From Acholeplasmataceae bacterium (GTDB lineage Bacteria > Bacillota_I > Bacilli_A > Acholeplasmatales > Acholeplasmataceae): a DNA stretch of 64,000 nucleotides. The notes beneath the pieces are model-generated. The model was given only the letters and a program-made list of their open reading frames with translations. It made no database searches and was not told the origin of the DNA. Location of the stretch: contig DAIOWP010000001.1 in NCBI GenBank assembly GCA_036758425.1, forward strand, positions 513 to 64,512. Reading direction: 5' to 3'. The position numbers were made by a program, and so were the translations under genes. Shown here piece by piece: positions 34,866 to 41,548 of this stretch (positions are counted from its first letter, which is position 1; every line of letters begins with the position of its first letter).

Positions 34866-34913
34866 TTAGCACCCCATGAATTTTTTTAGCACCATTAACA
34901 GATTTTTAGCACC
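34866..34913 (+). repeat. Three TTAGCACC boxes spaced exactly 20 bp apart
   Basis: TTAGCACC starts at 34866, 34886 and 34906, each preceded by a T-run. They lie between the TM-gene stop (34962) and its terminator. Confidence 0.8.
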
Positions 34914-34961
34914 CCTTAATGTATCAATATTATTGACTAATATCGTGCTATTTTCCCATAT

Positions 34962-35561
34962 TTATTGTTTTGGAACTTGAATCTCATCGACCAGCATATA
35001 TACATCATCTATGATATCAAAGTAAAGATGTATTTCATATGTAAGATCATGATTTATTATTTTTACTATGAGTTCATTTCCGTTGTATTCACTTTCTATT
35101 TGATCAATTATCGATGGATAAATCATTGAGTTCAATTCAGCAATTGGATTAAGAAATACATCTGATTTAATTTCGTAGACATCATAATAATAGTCCATCA
35201 TACTTTGAGTTCTAACTAAAACAATATTAGATCCTTCTACTTCATATGCTTTACTTGCAAAACCAAAACCAATACCTAAAAATAGCAATAGTGCAAGACC
35301 AATACCAACAATGCCAGTGATTAAACTTATAACAAATTTTATGAGTGGCTTTATATTATAGTTCAAAAGAATTATACCGATTGTAATTAAATACAAGGCT
35401 ATGATTGGGTAAATGAACCAATCCATCGAAAATACATAAGTAAATAAATAGACAAACTCTATCTGTTTTAATATAACTAAAACAAAAAACATATAAAGTA
35501 AAAATATGAAACTCGCTGCAATCATAATAATACTATTCCGATTTAATATACTACCTTTCAT
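34962..35561 (-). CDS. Hypothetical membrane protein with four predicted TM helices and a ~95-aa soluble C-terminal domain
   Basis: 199 aa. The ATG at 35561 is preceded by AAGGGGGAATGGGGA. It starts 50 nt downstream of the ATPase gene. Confidence 0.65.
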   Translation of the reverse strand: MKGSILNRNSIIMIAASFIFLLYMFFVLVILKQIEFVYLFTYVFSMDWFIYPIIALYLITIGIILLNYNIKPLIKFVISLITGIVGIGLALLLFLGIGFGFASKAYEVEGSNIVLVRTQSMMDYYYDVYEIKSDVFLNPIAELNSMIYPSIIDQIESEYNGNELIVKIINHDLTYEIHLYFDIIDDVYMLVDEIQVPKQ

Positions 35562-35611
35562 TATTTCCCCATTCCCCCTTAATTTTTTTGGTTAAATTTT
35601 TATGCAATACA

Positions 35612-36958
35612 CTACAAAAACATCGTCATATAGACCGGCAAATAAATAACATCATCTTTTTGAGTCAAATCTTTTGTATGAATGATGTATTTTTTACCAA
35701 GTTTGTCTATGAACTTGTTACTAAACTTGTCCATTGATGACGTTGTATAGTTTTTACCCGACTTAACTTCAACTGGCGATATTTTAGTTGGTTTAGATTG
35801 ATCTATAATTAGAAAATCTATTTCCATCGTATTTGACCTGTCTTGATTATCTGCTCTTGAGTAAAAATATAGTTTCTTATTTAAGGCAGTAAACATTTGT
35901 GCAACGATATTTTCAAATATCATGCCGTTGTTAACTTCAAGGCGATCTTGAATAATGGCTTTTGCTACTTCTTGATGCATGTCATCATTTTCACTGAATG
36001 CTTGGCTTAAGAGTAACCCAGTGTCTGCCATATACATTTTAAGTGTCAACCTGTCACGATTTAAAGATAATCCAAAATTAGGATCTGATGCATTAAAGCA
36101 TACATTTGTAATCATCGCTTCATCCAACCATGTAAAAGCATCCTCATAATCTCTAAATCTCGCATCTTTCGATAATGAACTTAACATAAACTTCTTTTCG
36201 TGTTTTGATAATTGACTAGGAATCTCATCAAAAATACTGAGTACTTTATGTTCATATCCTTTAGCATATTTTGAAATGTCATTCTTATATAATTTTAGGA
36301 TGTCTCTTTTAATTCGGTCAACTTTTGTATAATCATTAGTATTTAAGAATTCTATAACTGCTTGAGGCATACCACCAATTAACAAGTACTGTCTAAATAG
36401 TTTCATAATCGTTGAATGAATTTCAGCTAGAGGTTTTAAAGATTCAAAATGCTTTTTTATAAGAGGAATAACATCACCTCTACCAAGCGCTATACAAAAT
36501 TCTTCGAAATCAAGGGGATACATTTTGATTGCTCTTTCTTCTGAAGGTATTAATATGCTTTCAACATTACGTTTGATGGATAATAAAGAACCTGTCTCGA
36601 TATAATCATAACGATTGTCATTCACTAGATGTTTTATCAGTTGTCTTGCTTGAGGAAAAAGTTGCACTTCATCAAATACAATAAGTGACTGTCTTTCATA
36701 AAGTGTCGTCCCAGTGATTGATGTTAGGAAAAAGAAAAAATCATCTAAATTCGATGCGTATCTTTTGAAAAGCGATTTAATTTCATCACTAGCAATACTA
36801 AAATCAATCAGTATGTATGATTTGTATTCTTTTTTTGCGAAAGCTTCAACCACTGTGCTTTTTCCAACACGTCTTGCACCTTCGATGAGTAAAGCAGTTT
36901 TACCATTTTCATTTTTCCAGGAAAGCAGTTGCTTATATATTTTACGCTCTAACTTCAT
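35612..36958 (-). CDS. AAA+ ATPase of the COG1373 type (AAA_14 plus DUF4143-like architecture) with a PD-(D/E)xK-like C-terminal motif
   Basis: Walker A is GARRVGKST and Walker B is LIVFDEVQ. The C-terminus reads EIDFLIID...SPVEVKSG (D...ExK). The ATG at 36958 is preceded by AGAGGTGA. Confidence 0.8.
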   Translation of the reverse strand: MKLERKIYKQLLSWKNENGKTALLIEGARRVGKSTVVEAFAKKEYKSYILIDFSIASDEIKSLFKRYASNLDDFFFFLTSITGTTLYERQSLIVFDEVQLFPQARQLIKHLVNDNRYDYIETGSLLSIKRNVESILIPSEERAIKMYPLDFEEFCIALGRGDVIPLIKKHFESLKPLAEIHSTIMKLFRQYLLIGGMPQAVIEFLNTNDYTKVDRIKRDILKLYKNDISKYAKGYEHKVLSIFDEIPSQLSKHEKKFMLSSLSKDARFRDYEDAFTWLDEAMITNVCFNASDPNFGLSLNRDRLTLKMYMADTGLLLSQAFSENDDMHQEVAKAIIQDRLEVNNGMIFENIVAQMFTALNKKLYFYSRADNQDRSNTMEIDFLIIDQSKPTKISPVEVKSGKNYTTSSMDKFSNKFIDKLGKKYIIHTKDLTQKDDVIYLPVYMTMFL

Positions 36959-36985
36959 CAGGATCACCTCTTACAACTCTATTAT

Positions 36986-37035
36986 ACACGTTTTTTGATT
37001 TTTAAAACAATATATTTAACACGTTTTTTGATTTT
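36986..37035 (+). repeat. Perfect 17-bp direct repeat ACACGTTTTTTGATTTT (two copies, 33 bp apart) over the ATPase promoter
   Basis: Copies lie at 36986-37002 and 37019-37035. On the minus strand the proximal copy ends in CGTGTATAAT, so it contributes the -10 hexamer. Confidence 0.85.
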
Positions 37036-37120
37036 ATAATGTTTTCTTATATCACTTTATTGAAAATTTACTTGTAGGTATCAATATATCTACTTCGAGT
37101 TAGCTACTCTCAACATTATA

Positions 37121-37225
37121 TAATCGTGTCAATTGTTAGGTAATCGTGTAAATGATTGAATTATCGTGTGAAGTGGTAGTTAGTCATTTATAATATAGAA
37201 GTATATTTACTTGATTTCACGATTA
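37121..37225 (+). repeat. Three TWATCGTGT boxes at exact 20-bp phasing plus one inverted copy
   Basis: TAATCGTGT starts at 37121 and 37141 and TTATCGTGT at 37161. The inverse CACGATTA lies at 37218-37225. Confidence 0.8.
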
Positions 37226-37278
37226 ATTAATAGTCTAAAATTCTGAATATAGGAAAAAAATCTCCTTTCTGTATGAAA

Positions 37279-37307
37279 AAAGGCCTGATACGAATTGTAT
37301 CAAACCT
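37279..37307 (-). terminator. Rho-independent terminator of tRNA-Ser(CGA) (right boundary repeat of the cassette)
   Basis: The minus strand reads AGGTTTGATAC-aattc-GTATCAGGCCT followed by T6, 13 nt after the tRNA CCA end. Confidence 0.7.
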
Positions 37308-37319
37308 ATGCATTCAATA

Positions 37320-37411
37320 TGGCGGAAGAGATGGGATTCGAACCCACGTGCCCTTTTTGAGGGCAACTGCATTTCGAGGGCAGCTCGTTACAACCACTTC
37401 GATACTCTTCC
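37320..37411 (-). tRNA. tRNA-Ser (anticodon CGA)
   Basis: 92 nt with encoded CCA. The acceptor stem is GGAAGAG/CTCTTCC, the variable arm is long (GTTGCCCTCAAAAAGGGCAC) and the T-arm is GTGGGTTCGAATCCCAT. The anticodon loop is CTCGAAA, with one C-U mismatch closing the stem. Confidence 0.85.
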
Positions 37412-37416
37412 GTATG

Positions 37417-38394
37417 TTAAGGATGCGCGTTAAAGAACGCCTCCACATAACCTTTAAATTCTTCTTTTGTTTTCGCTGTTGAAAGTTGTTTTCTTAATTC
37501 AGACGCGTGGTCAATACCTTTGAGATACCATGGACCATGGCTTCTCATTTCTAAAACAGCGGTGTGTTCACCTTTTAATTCTACCAAAGAATCAAGATGT
37601 TTCAACATCATCTCTTTAATTTCTTGATGGGTTGGCCTTGGTAGGTGGGTTCCATCTTTTAAATATTGATCAATCTCTCTAAAAATCCAAGGATTTCCTA
37701 ATGCACCACGACCAATCATTACAGCATCACACCCTGTATAATCGAGCATACGTTTTGCTGATGGTCCATCGATGACATCACCGTTTCCAATAACTGGAAT
37801 GTTCACGGCTTGTTTAACAGCCTTAATCACATCAAGATCGGCGTGACCACTATATCCTTGTGAGCGCGTTCTTGCATGTACAGTAATCGCACTAGCACCT
37901 GCTTTTTCAATTCGTTCGGCAACTTCAACTGCATTGATGGATTGATGATCCCATCCTGAACGTATTTTCACAGTGACAGGCTTTGAGACCGTTTTTACGA
38001 TTTCACTGACTATTTCATAGATTAAATCTGGATTCTTCATCAGTGATGCTCCAGCTTGAGCCTTGATAGCAACCTTAGGAACAGGGCATCCCATATTAAT
38101 ATCAATGATATCGCAATTGGAGTTTTCATCAATATATTTTGCAGCTTGAACCATGGTTTCTAAATCTGAACCAAAGATTTGTTGTGCCATGGGTTTTTCA
38201 ATGTCTGTCATATAGAGAAGTTTTTTTGTCTTTTCATTTGCATACATCAAACCCTTATCTGAAACCATCTCTGCAAAGACTAATCCTGCACCATAACGTC
38301 TCGTTAAAATACGAAAAGGAGAGTTTGATACACCCGCCATCGGCGCTAAAATAATTTGATTTTCTATGGTTAAATTGCCGATTTTAAAGGCCAT
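37417..38394 (-). CDS. dusB: tRNA-dihydrouridine synthase B
   Basis: TIM-barrel Dus motifs are present (LAPMAGVSN, DINMGCP, TVHARTR). The ATG at 38394 is preceded by AGGTGA. Confidence 0.9.
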   Translation of the reverse strand: MAFKIGNLTIENQIILAPMAGVSNSPFRILTRRYGAGLVFAEMVSDKGLMYANEKTKKLLYMTDIEKPMAQQIFGSDLETMVQAAKYIDENSNCDIIDINMGCPVPKVAIKAQAGASLMKNPDLIYEIVSEIVKTVSKPVTVKIRSGWDHQSINAVEVAERIEKAGASAITVHARTRSQGYSGHADLDVIKAVKQAVNIPVIGNGDVIDGPSAKRMLDYTGCDAVMIGRGALGNPWIFREIDQYLKDGTHLPRPTHQEIKEMMLKHLDSLVELKGEHTAVLEMRSHGPWYLKGIDHASELRKQLSTAKTKEEFKGYVEAFFNAHP

Positions 38395-38469
38395 GCTTAT
38401 CACCTGACTTATTGTATCACAAGTGATAGGACAATTCAATTATGGTACAATATTCTCTAGGAGAGTGAC

Positions 38470-39354
38470 ATGATGAATGATTATGCAATTAAAAGTTATG
38501 CCTATCAAAAAGAAGTTAGAATCTATGTAGCAACTTCAACTTCATTGGTTGAAGAAGCAAGACGCATCCATCAAACGTGGCCAACTGCAACCGCTGCATT
38601 AGGTCGTGTTTTAACAGTATCTGCGATGATGGGGTTGATGTATAAGGATGAAGAAACCATCACTGTGAGAATCAAAGGGGATGGGCCGATTGGATCCATT
38701 CTTGTTGAAGCGAATGCTAAAGGTGAAGTTCGCGGTGAAATTCAAAACCCGAATGTCTATTTAAAATATGAGGATGGTCCAAAAAAAGGGAAACTCAATG
38801 TTGGTGAAGCTGTAGGAAGAGGATTCTTGCACGTCACGAAAGATTTAAAGATGAAAGATTATTTCACGTCATCTGCTGAACTTCAAACAGGTGAAATCGG
38901 GGATGATTTTACGTATTATTTTGTTTTATCAGAACAAGTTCCTTCTTCAGTTGGTGTTGGTGTCCTCGTCGGTACTGATCAACATGTACTAGCTGCTGGA
39001 GGATATATCCTACAATTGATGCCAAACGTTAGAGAAGAAACGATTCAAACTGTCGAGTCTGTGATTGCGAATCTACCACCAGTCAGTCAAATGATTGCTG
39101 AAGGACATACATCTGAGATGATCTTAACGCGCCTTGCATCCGGAACTGAACAGATCCTTGAAAAGCATCCCATTTCTTATACATGTCATTGTACGAAAGA
39201 TGGTTTTTCAAGAAGTTTAGCCGCTCTTGATGATCAAACCTTACATGAATTGATCCATGAAGATGGGCAAGCTGAGATTGAATGTCATTTTTGTCGCACG
39301 AAATATCACTTTTCGAAGGAAGAATTGGAACACATTCGCTCTTCTCGTAAATAA
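38470..39354 (+). CDS. hslO: Redox-regulated chaperone Hsp33
   Basis: 294 aa with the C-terminal zinc centre CHCTKD...CHFCRTKY. Confidence 0.93.
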   Translation: MMNDYAIKSYAYQKEVRIYVATSTSLVEEARRIHQTWPTATAALGRVLTVSAMMGLMYKDEETITVRIKGDGPIGSILVEANAKGEVRGEIQNPNVYLKYEDGPKKGKLNVGEAVGRGFLHVTKDLKMKDYFTSSAELQTGEIGDDFTYYFVLSEQVPSSVGVGVLVGTDQHVLAAGGYILQLMPNVREETIQTVESVIANLPPVSQMIAEGHTSEMILTRLASGTEQILEKHPISYTCHCTKDGFSRSLAALDDQTLHELIHEDGQAEIECHFCRTKYHFSKEELEHIRSSRK

Positions 39355-39371
39355 TAAGTAGATTGCTTCAT

Positions 39372-39409
39372 AAAAAAGCACAGCCTTATCAACAAAGGTT
39401 GTGCTTTTT
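39372..39409. terminator. Bidirectional terminator between hslO and the convergent FMN-binding protein gene
   Basis: AGCACAGCC-ttatcaacaaa-GGTTGTGCT stem is flanked by A6 upstream and T5 downstream. Confidence 0.8.
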
Positions 39410-39411
39410 GA

Positions 39412-39888
39412 TTATTTTTGATGTCCTTGTCCACGACCTGCTTGATCAATGATGTGTTCGCAATCATCAACCATGAATGCTTTACCAGGGCCTAACACGA
39501 GAAGTCCTTTTTTTACTTTGAGGTTCACAATGAAAAAATCGAGTGTGAGCAGTTGATCAATCATGTGTCCATGACGTTCTTTAAATGCTTCAATAACCTT
39601 TGGAGTTGATTCTTCGAATCGCGCAACAACTTCATAGGAAAGTCTTTTTCTAAAGAAAATCGATGATGCTTGATGTTCATCTTCGATCAACATGATGCTT
39701 GCATCTGGATTTTCACGAAGATTGTGATAATGCTTTGCCATCTTTGAAATGATAATGTAATAGTTATTCTCATACTTAACGAAGGGGGCATATGAAATAT
39801 AAGGTGTACCCTCTTGTGTCAGTGATGCGATACTTACTGATTTGAAACCCTCGGTGAAATGATCGAGAATGTTTTGAATCTCTTGCAT
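39412..39888 (-). CDS. Pyridoxamine-5'-phosphate-oxidase-like / HugZ-like FMN-binding split-barrel protein
   Basis: The sequence SIASLTQEGTPYISYAPF...ASIMLIEDE fits the pattern of the PNPOx-like family. The internal ATG at 39888 is preferred because the long ORF overlaps galE by 56 nt. Confidence 0.6.
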   Translation of the reverse strand: MQEIQNILDHFTEGFKSVSIASLTQEGTPYISYAPFVKYENNYYIIISKMAKHYHNLRENPDASIMLIEDEHQASSIFFRKRLSYEVVARFEESTPKVIEAFKERHGHMIDQLLTLDFFIVNLKVKKGLLVLGPGKAFMVDDCEHIIDQAGRGQGHQK

Positions 39889-39898
39889 ATCAATCAGC

Positions 39899-40867
39899 CT
39901 ACTTTTTTGAGATTTTTTTTCGATAATTGTAATCGGATCTGACAATATCTGCAAGTTTAAACTTGGGTGACCATCCTAAAATGCGTTTCGCTTTATCATT
40001 GGATGCAATCAATTCGGCAGGATCTCCTGCACGACGTGGACCCATGACAACTTTAAGTGGCGCTATTTCATTAACAGCTTGTGCAACTTCTAAAACGGTG
40101 AAACCTGCATTCGATCCTAAGTTCATCGTCTCAGATTTTCCACCTTTCATCAAGTAATGTGCACCAAGTACGTGGGCATAGGCTAAATCGCTGACATGAA
40201 TATAATCTCGTATACATGTGCCATCTTTTGTTGGATAGTCATTACCATAGATGGTTAAGTGTTCTCTTATGCCTAAAATGCCTTGGATTGCGACTGGAAT
40301 GAGATGGGTTAATTGGTCTTTCATTAATCCGATCTTCATCGACTGATCAGCACCAGCAACATTGAAATATCTAAAAATCACATAGGTGAATCCATGTGCG
40401 TTTGCAACCCACTTAATCATCTTTTCAGTTGCGAGTTTGGTTTCACCATAGGGGTTGATGGGTTTTGTGACGTCATCTTCATGACAAACGCCACTTGCTT
40501 CACCATAGACTGCTGCAGTTGAGCTGAACACAATCTTCTTCACATCATGTTCCTTCATGACTTCAAGTAAGACACGAACACCTTCGACGTTATTGTAATA
40601 ATACTCTAAGGGTTGTTCAACAGATTCAGGAACAATAATTTTTGCTGCAAAATGCATGACAACATCAATTTTTTCTTTCTTAAATACAGCTTCAACATCG
40701 TGTTTCTTACGGATGTCTCCACGATAAAAAATGGCTTGTGGATGCACGAGTTCCATATATCCCGATGATAAATTATCGAGAATAATGACTTCTTGTCCAT
40801 CTTTGATCAATTCATAGACTGTATGGGAACCAATGTATCCTGCTCCACCAACGACTAATACACGCAT
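39899..40867 (-). CDS. galE: UDP-glucose 4-epimerase
   Basis: It has the Rossmann motif GGAGYIGSH and the catalytic YGETK motif. The ATG at 40867 is preceded by GGAGGA. Confidence 0.9.
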   Translation of the reverse strand: MRVLVVGGAGYIGSHTVYELIKDGQEVIILDNLSSGYMELVHPQAIFYRGDIRKKHDVEAVFKKEKIDVVMHFAAKIIVPESVEQPLEYYYNNVEGVRVLLEVMKEHDVKKIVFSSTAAVYGEASGVCHEDDVTKPINPYGETKLATEKMIKWVANAHGFTYVIFRYFNVAGADQSMKIGLMKDQLTHLIPVAIQGILGIREHLTIYGNDYPTKDGTCIRDYIHVSDLAYAHVLGAHYLMKGGKSETMNLGSNAGFTVLEVAQAVNEIAPLKVVMGPRRAGDPAELIASNDKAKRILGWSPKFKLADIVRSDYNYRKKISKK

Positions 40868-40897
40868 GTTTATATCCTCCACGTATTTATATATGTA

Positions 40898-41548
40898 TTA
40901 TACCGTGATTTTTTTGTTTTCCTTCATGACAACATAAATCACGAGATGAATGATACTATAGATCAAAACAAAACCGATAAAAAATAATCCTTGATCGAAA
41001 ACATCGTTGATGATATGAATGACATCAAAGATTTCCCATGAGTTAAGTCGAATAAATCGTCCTAAATAGATCCCAGTGGATGATAGAACAAATAATAATC
41101 CCAGAAACAACGTGTAGTGATGTTTGATGATATGATGATGATGATCTTTCATGTAATCAAGTGCAGAAATACCGAGTTTAGCCCCCAAAAAAGCACCTAT
41201 CGTGATCTGCATGAAGAGAATCCAATCCATGAGTTCATATGCGTAGATATCGGGATAACTCGTGAAAAAATGATAATTTTGAAGATGAATAAAATCGGTT
41301 GTGATATAGATGGCATTAGGGAAAAAGAGAATAAAGATAACCAGAACAATCCATGAAAGGAGATTCTTATTCCTTTTTCTTAGTTCAACAAAGAGATAGG
41401 ACAGTGCGTAAACCACTGCAGCGAGAATCATATTCCATCCTAAAAAGAGAATTAACCCATTTTGATAAAAAATCCCAAAGACAAACGATAGCATGACATA
41501 CACCAAAACACCCCAAAAATGCCAATCTTTGATCATCTTGTTAACCAT
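40898..41548 (-). CDS. Polytopic membrane protein, DUF1361-like
   Basis: 216 aa with 5-6 TM helices and the FPNAIYITTDFIHL motif, which resembles DUF1361. It overlaps the ltaS stop by 8 nt. Confidence 0.5.
   Translation of the reverse strand: MVNKMIKDWHFWGVLVYVMLSFVFGIFYQNGLILFLGWNMILAAVVYALSYLFVELRKRNKNLLSWIVLVIFILFFPNAIYITTDFIHLQNYHFFTSYPDIYAYELMDWILFMQITIGAFLGAKLGISALDYMKDHHHHIIKHHYTLFLGLLFVLSSTGIYLGRFIRLNSWEIFDVIHIINDVFDQGLFFIGFVLIYSIIHLVIYVVMKENKKITV

Larger units (their letters stand above)
34072..37278. mobile_element. Putative inserted cassette or genomic islet at the tRNA-Ser(CGA) 3' flank, with no recombinase gene visible
   Basis: It is bounded by the two hairpin copies, is visibly AT-richer than the flanks and has long non-coding spacers. 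It holds three ORFs of non-housekeeping type and several phased repeats. Confidence 0.35.

Noticed and set aside
34866-37225. Possibility that the phased short repeats are a CRISPR array or transposon ends
   Set aside because: The cores are only 8-9 bp, there are only three copies and the spacers are 11-12 bp, so this is not CRISPR-like. The two triple sets have unrelated core sequences, so they are not terminal inverted repeats, and no transposase is present.
37273-37482. Track ORF 37273-37482(+)
   Set aside because: It overlaps tRNA-Ser(CGA) and the 3' end of dusB on the opposite strand, so it is a shadow ORF.
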